From NCBI GenBank assembly GCA_951406725.2, contig OX597829.1, forward strand, positions 6,200,001 to 6,264,000: a stretch of DNA of 64,000 nucleotides, written 5' to 3'. The notes below the pieces were generated by a model that saw only the letters and a list, made by a program, of their open reading frames with translations, searched no databases and was not told where the DNA came from. The translations under genes and the position numbers were made by a program. Shown here one piece after another: positions 53,990 to 64,000 of this stretch (its first letter is position 1; every line of letters begins with the position of its first letter). This DNA comes from Octopus vulgaris (lineage: Eukaryota).

Positions 53990-54322
53990 CATAACTCTTC
54001 TCAAAATCTGGCTGTTTCAAGTAGTGATGTTTTCTGGAGCATCTTAGTCTTGACAGTGATTTCAAGCCTGCCAGATTACTTCCGAAATTGTTTTGCAACG
54101 GTTCCAGGTGCCCCTATCACAACAGGTAACACTTCCAGTTCTTCAGTTCCAACAAACGTGCAATCTCGTGTTTCAAATCTTGGTACCTATTTATTTGTCC
54201 CTCTCTACAACGCGGTAATCATCTAGGGTAGCGATGTCGATAATCAAAAAATGACTTTCTTTCTCAACCAAGATCAAATCAGATCATCTTGCCACAATAA
54301 ACAGTGTCACATTGAAATCCCA
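53990..54322 (-). mobile_element. R4/Dong endonuclease fragment
   Basis: Minus strand DLILVEKESHFLIIDIA, RYQDLKHEIARL, VLPVVIGAPGTV, MLQKTSLLETAR. Confidence 0.78.
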
Positions 54323-54334
54323 TAGCAATTTCAC

Positions 54335-55860
54335 CATATGAAAGAGTGGAAAACCAAATTGTACTCAATGTATTCATTGAATAAGTTAATATTAAAAAGG
54401 GAATCTTCCAAGGAGACTCGTTTTCACCGTTACTTTTTGTAATTGCACTAATACCCCTAGCGATGACACTTAGGAAAGTCAAAATGGCCTACCGATGTGA
54501 AAAGAAAGGCCCGTCATTGAACCATCTTTCTGTTTATGGATGACCTGAAATTGGGTAATCTGAAAAAAAAACCAAAAAACAGATAGATTCCTTAATCGAA
54601 ATAGTCCAGAAGGGACATCGGTATAGAATTTGGGGTTACCAAATGCTCAGTACTTAATATGAAAAGAGGGAAGAGGGCAGCCTGCATAATATTGCGGTAA
54701 CCACCAGGAGAGACCATGGGTGAACTCAACGGTAGTGGGAATAGATACTTAGGGATTTTGGAGCCGGATGAAATTCTATACAGAGAAATGAAAGTCAAGC
54801 TCGACGACGCGTATCAAAAAAGGGTGGATATGGTGTTTAAATCCAATCTGAATGCCAATAATTTGATTACCGCAATGAATATCTGGGCAGTTGCGGTGGT
54901 CAGATATAGTGCGTCCATCCTCAAATGGACTAAGGAGGAAATATCAACACTGGATAGAGAGATGTCAAAGTTGATGACGCTTCATGGGGTGCTACACACT
55001 AATGCAAACGTAAACAGACTATATGACCATTGTATAAGGGGTGAAAGGAGAACACTTGCCGAGTATTTGATAAATCGTGATGAAAACCTGCTGCAATATG
55101 CCGCGAAATAGATGTGTGTAAATGCAGATGAAATGATGGGCAAGGAAGAGTATAACCGAAGAGATGAGGAGAAGAGAAAAGAAGACCTTCTTGAAATGAA
55201 AATGTATGGACAGTTTGAAAGGAGCATACAAGACGTTAAGGACAATACAGCATCGTGGGCATGGCTTGAGCGAGGTTGTTTGAAACGTTTGAAAAGCCTG
55301 ATTATTGCTGCACAATATCAGTCTCTCGATACCAATTCAGTGAAGTATAACATCTATAAAACTTGTGACACCCGAAAATGCGCCGTCACAATATAGTGTG
55401 TGTGTATCTTCAATGGCTCTTATGCCGTAAATACCGATATGAAGTAACAGAGAACTGGTATGAGCATATACTAAGTAAAGTTATGCAGGAGGATGGAAAA
55501 GTAACGATACTCTGAGACCATGATTTTCTGACGGATCGTGTAATCGAACACCGTCGGCCGGATATTGTCATATTGAATAAGAGAGACAAATACTGTCAGA
55601 CCCTTGATGTAGCCATACCAAATGACATGAATGTTGTGAGTAAAGAGATTGAAAATCTCACCAAGTACTTTGAATTGAAAGTGGAAATTGCAAGACTGTA
55701 TGGAATGCGAGAGGGTAATGTAAAAGTGATACCAGTGGTGATCGGAGCATTGGGCTCAATCCCATTGAAACTTCAAAGCTTCTTAAGGCAACTAGAAATC
55801 CCATGTAAGATTGATGACTTGCAAGCCCTGCGCTGAATAACAACATGGATGTGCTACACC
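54335..55860 (+). mobile_element. R4/Dong-clade element, RT to endonuclease, decayed
   Basis: IKKGIFQGDSFSPLLFVIALIPL, NHL..MDDLK, YRYLG-like NRYLGI, MYGQF, RRPDIVILNK...DVAIP...KYFELKVEI...IPVVIGALG. Confidence 0.9.
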
Positions 55861-56403
55861 GGTTTCCCCATTCAAAAACAAATCTAATCCAATAACATCG
55901 ATGGAATTAGATAAAAGAACCTGCGGAAGACTTAATGGAAGCAGTCTTTTAACGAAAATAATTCAACAAAAAAACGAATTTTTCCTGCCATACAAATCAC
56001 AGTTTCTCCTATGTACGATATCATAGTGAAGTATATGCGAAACACACACGCGAAATCAACACTGGTAAGTTTACAAATTATAAAATAGAAATGGAACAAA
56101 ACAATAAGTGCATAAATTGATTAATTACGCATACACTCGAATGTCTACACAATCATATGTACATTTTGATTCCCATAGGACTACAGATATATCTCAATGT
56201 TTACACAACAACGTGAAATTTACAGGACACACATTTATGCATATGAAAACACGTATCACAAACGAAACAGAAACAAAAACAAAACTTTTTTTCTTATTTT
56301 TATTTTTCGAGCTAATACAGACAAAGCGAACCATTTATAAGTTTAAAATCACCACAAAAAACTATGCTCGAAAATAAATAAATCAACAAAAATACAAACG
56401 AAT

Positions 56404-56771
56404 ATAGATCTGTTAGCCTTAAGAAGCTACGTTATGAGCAATGTCTACCTGCAGAGAACTCGGTGACAGTGTTGTCTCAAAAGCTCGTCATACCTCAATG
56501 GTAACAAAGTAAATTACAAACCAGATTGGTCGTCGACCGCATCACAAAGGGTCACGTACTCGATACAGATCTGCTAGTTTTAAGATGCTACGTTACGAGC
56601 AATGATCACATGCAGAGTACACAGAGACAGTGTTTTCTCAAAAAATTAACCTTAAAGAGACAGATCCGTCCCCTAATAGCAACGTCGAAGCTCGCCATAC
56701 CACACTGACAAAAATGCAAAATACAAACCGGAATGGTCATTGACCGGATTACAAAGGGACACGTGCTCGAA
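56404..56771 (+). repeat. Two diverged tandem units (about 161 bp and 207 bp)
   Basis: Both start AGATCTG.TAG..TTAAGA.GCTACGTTA.GAGCAATG and end ACAAAGGG.CACGT.CTCGA. Confidence 0.85.
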
Positions 56772-56849
56772 TGATGAACCAGATTCGATTCGAAAAAATC
56801 AGCTACTGGTTCAAATCTTCCCGACACACAGGAGCAGGAAGTACTCCAC

Positions 56850-56960
56850 AATCGGAATATTCGAACAGATGGCCATCCATGCTTACAGTTTCAATATTGT
56901 TAACTGGTCAAGTATTGAAATATGTAATCTTGACAGAAAAATACGAAAACTGTTTCCTAA
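56850..56960 (+). mobile_element. R4/Dong post-RT fragment
   Basis: YSFNIVNWSSIEICNLDRKIRKL, parallel to YSASILKWTKEEISTLDREMSKL at about 54905. Confidence 0.7.
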
Positions 56961-56964
56961 TCTT

Positions 56965-57500
56965 ATCGAGCTCTAACACTGTTAGCCATCCTTTCTTCCT
57001 TATTGCACTTACCTGGTCACAGTCTCTCTCTTCTGTAATATCTGAGCCTTGCTTCGCCATCTATATGTCATGCAACCTCTTTTTATATCCTCTTATGTGT
57101 CTCCCTTTATTGCCAGTAGATCTACTCAAAAACAAAAATGACATTCCATTACAGCTATATTTATTGTCTTGGTCCATTGTCTTAGTTCTAGCAGCAGTAG
57201 AATGACCACTGGATCTGTGCTGCTCGCCCACAGGGTACGTGCCGGACAAAAGTCCGTCACCTGTAGTCCGCCCTCCTTTATGCCGTTGTTTATGTTAATT
57301 CTATTATTCGTTACGCTCATACAAAAGTAAATATTGATAAGTTGTCTCAACCACTAGTATTCTTATCCAAACACCATCACAAGAACGGCTTGTCTAAAAT
57401 GACTTGAAAGGGCCTTTTTTGTCCTTAGAAATTTAAGTGAGTTATCTTGCGCGGGGCACCAATTCAGTGCTCAGCAGCTGGTGAAAGAGTTGTCATTTCG
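56965..57500 (-). mobile_element. R4/Dong N-terminal fragment and probable 5' region
   Basis: Minus strand WTKTINIAVMECHF, HIRGYKKRLHDI and DQVSAIRKKGWLT match 43640-43830. Confidence 0.72.
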
Positions 57501-57965
57501 ATGGCCGTTGACTCGTGTGTTCATTTGCCCTTAGTCAGATCTTGCATTCCCTCCAGCAGGATGACCAAATAGCAAAACGCACCCTCTTCACAAAGCGAGC
57601 TCTGTGGGGTGGCTGGGTTACCCACCGATGGCCCGACAGCCATGGCAAAAAGGCGGGGAGTTCTTACAGTTAAGTTAATAATTATTGTTAGATAGATAGC
57701 ATTTCTATTAAAAGTTTGGCTAGGCTGCTGGTAAGAAGCAGGTGGTTTGGGGAGGGGGAGAGTTTCAGGCAAGCTAGCCACGCAGCCTATTTGGTCGGTT
57801 AGTCACACAGGGTGTTTGATTGGTCTGATGGTGGGGAGGGGTTCCAGAAAGGACTGGATCAGTCTAGGTGCCTTCCATATGAATGTGTATTAATAAAGTA
57901 TACATTTTAGGATATCAAAATTTGTACAGAAATATATATATATATATATATATTATATACACATA

Positions 57966-58005
57966 TAGGCGCAGGAGTGGCTGTGTGGTAAGTAGCTCGC
58001 TAACC
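57966..58005 (+). mobile_element. SINE family A, 5' 40 bp (split by insertion)
   Basis: TAGGCGCAGGAGTGGCTGTGTGGTAAGTAGCTCGCTAACC; the SINE resumes at 60582. Confidence 0.88.
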
Positions 58006-60581
58006 TCACTGACAGAAGAGTTCGCATTTTTCATGCACCTTGGATGTCACGTCTTGCGATGTGAAAATTGAACATTTTGTAAGCACGACTACAGGTAGGC
58101 GTTTGTTGTATTTTTTTAGGGCTTAGTGGAGTTTGTTGCTCTGTATTTAATATTTCTTGGTGAGTAATAGACTCCACTCTGTTCCAGACATTTTCCTGCC
58201 TGTGGTCGAGCGTAAAGACTCACTTAGCAGTGAGAATTGTGTTTTTGAGGAGGCGTAGTCCCTCCGCAAAAATTAATTTGTTTGCTTCTGAAATTGTCTT
58301 TGTGTTTTCCACTGGATTTACCACGGAGTACCAAGGTAGAAAGGACTAATTGTGCTGCGGTTGGATTTATTTTGCCATTGTGAGAATTTCTGGGGGACGT
58401 ATTCGTCTTCGATAAATTGAGTGAATATTTTTCTCACTTAATTATGAGAACTGCATTGTGCATTGAAGAACTTTAAGAATTGTGAGAACTGCTATATAGG
58501 GGTGTGTTTTGCCTCCGAATTTTCAACAATTTTTACTAATTTAATACCAATTTTTGTGGAAGTTGTGTTCCAGTTGCGGCGTTCCGGATTCAATTTAGGC
58601 CGGGAGTACCGAATGGCCAGGAGATTTTTTGCTGTGTTCCTGAATTATTGACTTCCTTCTAAACTTTATTTGACTTTCTCCGTTTTCTTTATCGTGACTT
58701 TCTTTTGATTTCTTTTTCTTCTCGCTTTTTAAGTTTTATTTTGAATATATTTTTAAAATAAAACAAAAAAAAACATGGCAATGAAAAATGACAAAATTTT
58801 GGAATGGGAGATTATACCGCCTAAAAAGTGGTTAAAAGACCGTGAAGATAGGACGGTGGTGTTGAGAACCTACTCCAAGGCACTCGACACCATCGCCCTG
58901 TTCGAAAAGACGGCAATTGAAAAGGAGTTGGCAGAGTATTTGCCAACAATTAAATTCATTTCCAGGGGTGTCAGCATTGCAACGGTGTGGTTGCTATGTG
59001 ACACCCCTGAAGAGGCTTGCAAATTTGCTAGTAAACTCCTGGAGGGTAAGGAAATTTTATTTCTGCCCACGTATCATGGAAAGAGATTGACGAAAGCTTG
59101 GATCTGCGGGCTGCCAACCGGGATAAAACCCGAGTGGATAGAGGAGACTATCCGCCGGGGTCTGGGTGGCAGCGGAACTAAGCTTCTTAATGTGAAAGTT
59201 CTTCCTGCGGCTGTTTGGGTTGGGTCAAAAGCAATTTTGACCCTGTGGACCCAATCAGCCAATCTGGTTCTTCCAGATTTTTTTTAAATGGCCGGGTGCA
59301 GGTACCCGGTGATACTGGAGGGTCGTCCCCCGAGGTGTCATCGGTGCTTGGAGTCCGGCCATATAAAGAAAAACTGTCCCCGGGGAAAAATAAGATCATG
59401 GAGCAGTTAAGTGAGGCCCTTGTAGAAGAGGGAATGAAGACGGCCGAGGAAGCGGAGGACTCCTCAAACAGAGGCCGAAAGAGGAAGAAGGTGAGCAACA
59501 ATGGGTGCTCACCAAAGGATAATAGGGATGAGGAGAGAAAGGCGAATCTTCCAGCCACGGAGGAGACGCACCCTCCCTCAGTTGAAAAGAAAAAAAAGAA
59601 GAAGAGGAAGAAAAACGGGACATTACCGGCAGTCGGTGACATAGTACCGGAATGTCCCGGAACTACGTCGGTTGGGGTTGTGCAACCGACAGGAGAAGGA
59701 ACACCGTTGGCGGGAGCTGTGCCGCCAACGAAAGAATTGAATATCCCGCCCCCGAGGAAAGACGATGTATTGATCTTCTTCCATAGAGGCGGAGAGATTG
59801 AAAAGGTGATGGAAAAGCACCATAAGGGAGCACCTTTGCCCTTCACACAGGACCCCGAATGGTCTCCGCAGGTAGCTGTGGAGGCCGTGGCGTTCGACGT
59901 GACGCTTGGGCTGAAGGAGCTCAATGAGGGTTATAGCTTGTTCGCGGGCAACGCTAACACGGAAGTCGATTTGGTTCTGAGGGAGGCGTGGTGGATGGCA
60001 GAGGATGCGGGCACAAGTTATTTTGAGGATGAGTCATAAATTGTGGCACTGTGTGACACAAACATGTGATAACAGGCACTTCGCCTTCCTTCTAAACCCC
60101 CCAGCTGTCAACGTGGTCTGCTCTGCAGACGGCTAGATATTTGACTGGAGGTCCGGAAAGAGGAGGAAGGGAGAAGTGATAATGTATTTTTTACGTTTGA
60201 TAGGACATGTTTAGATACGACTTGAGGGGCCCCGACCTAGAGCTGGCTCATTCCTAAGGGAAGTGTTAGTCAGGTCTGGGAGGAGGGGCTTTGTGTATTG
60301 TATTTATATCATATGTAATTATTGAACTATGTTTTTGTTAGTAATGGACTGTTAAGTCCGAAAATTGAAAAGTTGTAAAAATTGAAAGAGGTTTAATACC
60401 TCGTTTTGTGTTTGGTTTTAAAAGAACAATGTTTTAGAGAAGCAGAAGTCGGCGGGCGCTTTTTGTCTTCTACCATCCTTATCATCTTTCTTTCATTATC
60501 ATTCATTTCATTAATGTCCTCGTCCAGCCCGCAAAGCCACTTTACTCTATGTACTGCCTTTATGGCAAATGTTATGAAATA
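58006..60581 (+). mobile_element. ORF1-only non-LTR-type retro-insert
   Basis: Interrupts a SINE; duplicated target AAGTAGCT(+8 nt); about 770-bp leader, gag-like ORF, about 540-bp trailer ending AAATAAA; no RT or endonuclease motifs seen. Confidence 0.75.
58775..60039 (+). pseudogene. gag-like ORF1 (about 420 codons) with CCHC zinc knuckle, one in-frame stop and one frame change
   Basis: Frame of 58775 continues past TAA 59285-59287 into MAGCRYPVILEGRPPRCHRCLESGHIKKNCP (C-x2-C-x4-H-x4-C at 59336-59377); then the -1 frame gives a basic low-complexity region (KRKK, KKKKKKRKK) to 60039. Confidence 0.75.
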
Positions 60582-60955
60582 AAGTAGCTTGTCTACCAAC
60601 CACATGGTTCCGGGTTCAGTCCCACTGCGTGGCACCTTGGGCAAGTGTCTTCTACTATAGCCTCGGGCCGACCAAAGCCTTGTGAGTGGATTTGGTAGGC
60701 GGAAACTGAAAGAAGCCCGTCGTATATATGTATATATATATATGCGTGTGTGTGCTTGTGTGTCTGTGTTTGTCCCCTAGCATTGCTTGACAACCGATGC
60801 TGGTGTGTTTATGTCCCCGTTACTTAGCGGTTCGAGAAAAGAGACCGATAGAATAAGTACTGGGCTTACAAAAGAATAAGTCCCGGGGTCGAGTTGCTCG
60901 ATTAAAGGCGGTGCTCCAGCATGGTCGCTGTCAAATGACTGAAACAAGTAAAAGA

Positions 60956-60957
<2 letters not shown>
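60582..60957 (+). mobile_element. SINE family A, remainder after insertion
   Basis: AAGTAGCTTGTCTACCAACCACATGGTTCCGGGTTCAGTCCC...CACCTTGGGCAAGTGTCT...GAAACAAGTAAAAGAGT. Confidence 0.93.
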
Positions 60958-61001
<44 letters not shown>

Positions 61002-61223
61002 TGTAAAAAAACACCTTTTATGAATTCAAAATGAACAATTAAATTCCACCATCTAGAAAATTACATATAATAAATATATTCTTATATACTTTTCTAGATG
61101 GTATAGGAATATCCTTCAATGATGAATTCCAAAAGAGTGGTTCTATTTTACCTGTAAGTTCCATAACCGACGATAATGAGGGTAATTTCTCAGAAACGTT
61201 AGTTATAAATACAATATATATAC

Positions 61224-61452
61224 GTATGTATGTATGTATGTATGTATGTATGTATGTATGTATGTATGCATGTATGTATGTATGTATTATGTATGTATGT
61301 ATGTATGTATGTATGCATGTATGTATGTATGTATGTATGTATGCATGTATGTATGTATGTATGTATGTATGTATGTATGTATGTATGTATGTATGTATGT
61401 ATGTATGTATGTATGTATGTATGTATGTTTGTGTGTGTGTGTGTGTGTGTGT
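61224..61452. repeat. (TATG)n/(TG)n microsatellite
   Basis: Directly visible. Confidence 0.95.
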
Positions 61453-61514
61453 GTACACGCACCCACATACACACGTATATATAAGGAGGAAATACACAGG
61501 ATTAAATTGAATTC

Positions 61515-61665
61515 AACGAAAATCTTGCTGTTTAAAGTGCTTACGTCCTGAATTCAAATTCCGCAGGGGTTGACTTTGCTCTTTTCCTTTCAGGGTCAAT
61601 AAATTATGTTTCAGCACTGGTGCCGATGTAATTGACTAGTCTCCTCCCCGCAAATACCAAACCTT
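61515..61665 (+). mobile_element. SINE family B, diverged
   Basis: TTACGTCCTGAATTCAAATTCCGC...GACTTTGC...CCTTTCAGGGTCAATAAAT...GATGTAATTGACT. Confidence 0.7.
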
Positions 61666-61672
61666 CTGCTGT

Positions 61673-61817
<145 letters not shown>

Positions 61818-62830
61818 TTTTATGTTTGACTTTTGCTTTACATTTGTACAAGTTGGCTCCAAGTCTCACCCAGAGACCTCAAGAGTCAAAAAGTTAGAAT
61901 TTCATGTTGGTGTTATGTCTAGGGTGCGATATATTTGGTTTTTCATATAGTATTGTTCTAGAGAATATTTAAGAAACAAGAAAATTATGAATTTGTTTTA
62001 AAATTTGAAATTACATATACAGTATTTTAAGTAGGATATGGGCAGTTCCCACGAGCACTATATTTTGAATTTCTCCCATTTTGGGGTTTCCTGGTATCTG
62101 ACATAGGTAGCAATCAGCCACTTTTGCTATCATTCTTAGGGCACCTATGGCAACAGGTATTGCTTTAGTCTTCAGGTTCCACATTTTGCCAATTTCTATT
62201 TCAAGGTCTTTATATTTGCTCAGTTTTTGGTAGGTTTTGACAGATACGTTTATATCGATTGGGACAGTCATATCAATGAGGAGGCATGTTTTTTGTCTGA
62301 AGTCTTTCAATATGATATCTGGCCTATTGGCATCTATCTTTCTGTCAGTTTAAATGGTGAAGTTCCAGAGGAATGAGATGTGGTCATTTTCAAGCACTGG
62401 AGGTGGTTTGTGTTCCCAACAGTTACTTTCATGGGACAAGTCCAGGCTTTTGCAAATTACCCAGTGAATATATTGTGCAGATCTATCATGCCTACTGAGG
62501 TACTCTGTAGGCACAAGAAGACTGCACATGGAGACAACGATCAATGGTTTCATTTTGTTGTTTACGTACACGACATGCTGGGAAGCTGCCATTCTTTAAT
62601 ATGTTGGCCTGGCAGTTCCTTGTAGGTAGGCATTGATCTTTGGCTGTTATGATAAACCCCTCTGTTTCTGATTTTAAGCAAGAAGCATCTAACTATTGAT
62701 GGCTAAGAGTTTTTCCAACCTCGGCACTATTAGCTCTCTTTGGGTATTTGCCTTTCAGAGGTTTTTCTTTCCATTTATCAGTCAGAATATATAAAGCAGC
62801 AGTTTTGGTACGGGTTTTCATGCGCTTAAT
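61818..62830 (-). mobile_element. R4/Dong-clade 3' part (knuckle remnant, endonuclease, 3' UTR) ending in (AAT)n
   Basis: EYLSRHDRSAQYIHWVIC, LWNFTI, ANRPDIILKDFRQKTCLLIDMTVPIDINVSVKTYQKLSKYKDLEIEIGKMW...IPVAIGAL...GTAHILLKILYM*. Confidence 0.9.
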
Positions 62831-62840
62831 TTTTTCTGTG

Positions 62841-62841
<1 letters not shown>

Positions 62842-62911
<70 letters not shown>

Positions 62912-62976
62912 TATTATTATTGAGTGAGAGAACAGTGCATGCCATCAAAGTGACACTGGGGTAAAATATACGAAGC
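62842..62976 (-). mobile_element. Short retroelement 3'-end insert with (AAT)n tail
   Basis: Minus strand CTTCGTATATTTTACCCCAGTGTCACTTTGATGGCATGCACTGTTCTCTCACTC then (AAT)n. Confidence 0.65.
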
Positions 62977-63139
62977 CCTTTTATTGTTATTATACCTCTC
63001 AGAGCTCGTCTCGTTCTTGCTCTGGTTGGTTGTGACAGCGGACAGCATCTTGCTGTCACATGTGTCCTTCCATTAACTATAAGCTTTGGCAATTGGATGT
63101 TAACTTATCGCAATAGCATCTTCCACAATAATTTAACTT

Positions 63140-63400
63140 TATCATCATCATCATCATCATTGTCATTAATACTTTGGAATACGTTCTTGACAGTTTTACA
63201 CCAGTTTCAGCTGCATCACGAGAGGATGAACTCCCGTGTTCCTGGGGTGCTCATCGCTATGTGTTATATTGTTTAAAACTACGTACATGAGTTGTGACTT
63301 TGAAAGGAATGTTTTCACTAGTGCGCTGCTATATTGCGCTCTTGAACGGAAAGTGTTTTGCTTAGAATGTGAGTAGTGCCATGCAAGGCTATATTTTGAC
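63140..63400 (-). mobile_element. R4/Dong extreme C-terminus and 3' UTR
   Basis: Minus strand NIALHGTTHILSKTLSV, followed by non-coding sequence and a (GAT)n tract. Confidence 0.55.
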
Positions 63401-63419
63401 CATTCTTAACTTTGGGACA

Positions 63420-63600
63420 CAACCCATCGTGCCAAACAAGGTCAACTGCATTTTTGAAGTCGAAGAAGTTGTAATAGAATTCTGATTGGTGTTTGTTTTA
63501 GCTCTCCATGTGATATGTTTTAAGGGCTCTGAGGGTATGTTTTCCACTCCTGGAAATTCTCCATATTCGAGTATGCGTACTGCCTCTTCAACGTCTTAGA
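63420..63600 (-). mobile_element. RTE LINE RT fragment
   Basis: Minus strand VEEAVRILEYGEFPGVENIPSEPLK and YYNFFDFKNAVDLVWHDG (DF.KAFD-type motif). Confidence 0.7.
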
Positions 63601-64000
63601 GAACTGGAGTACCATTAAGCCTTCTGTTGCTGCTGTTGTTGTCGTGGTCGTTGTTGTTATCAGAAATACCTAGGACGTTGTGATTGTAAAGGTCTTTGCC
63701 ATATCAGACCATCTTCTGATGAAATCAGTCTCTACTGTAAAGTGATGGTGTGTTTCTTTGTTTTTGTTAGGCTTCTGAATATTTCACTAGCAACCTTGTT
63801 GTTGCCCTTCTTTATCCCAAATTCGACGGGTTTTAGACTGGTATCCTATCTATTTCTCTTTGGCTCCCCACTCCCCGTTTTATACTTTATCTTCCTATCC
63901 ACAGCATTCTATTGCTGACCTGCCATTTAACACGTTAGTTTGGTCTTTCTACCCCAAATTCTCCCCTTAAAAACATATAGGTCCAACTGTAACCAGAAAA

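Noticed and set aside
57520-57700. HDV-like ribozyme at the 5' end of the minus-strand R4 fragment
   Set aside because: GC-rich and plausibly placed, but I could not build the nested pseudoknot.
59215-59380. N-terminus of the 274-aa ORF as a real start
   Set aside because: Non-ATG start; the overlapping frame holds the CCHC knuckle and is more likely ancestral.
59187-59924. 245-aa minus-strand ORF
   Set aside because: Antisense shadow of the GC-richer ORF1 region; no motif.

Overview
AT-rich, microsatellite-dense eukaryotic non-coding DNA with no host protein-coding exon that I can support. The SINE families and the (TA)n/(TACA)n/(AAT)n load resemble an octopus-type cephalopod genome; this is recalled similarity, not a database result. 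The window is a layered set of decayed transposons: three tRNA-headed SINE families (about 19 copies or fragments), several R4/Dong-clade non-LTR fragments (many beside (AAT)n), RTE and CR1 LINE fragments, three mariner remnants, a terminally intact Helitron with a PIF1 helicase fragment plus short relatives, and Penelope-like fragments carrying minimal type I hammerhead-ribozyme motifs. Most notable are: (1) a 2.58-kb ORF1-only retro-insert (gag-like, CCHC knuckle, no RT) inside a SINE head with a duplicated target; (2) hammerhead motifs with palindromic stem III from several families, one inside a perfect palindrome; (3) a 110-bp locally templated inverted insertion; (4) an (AAT)n-centred nest of retroelements. 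Most ORFs in the supplied track are microsatellite artefacts. Element boundaries were placed by eye and may be off by several bases.
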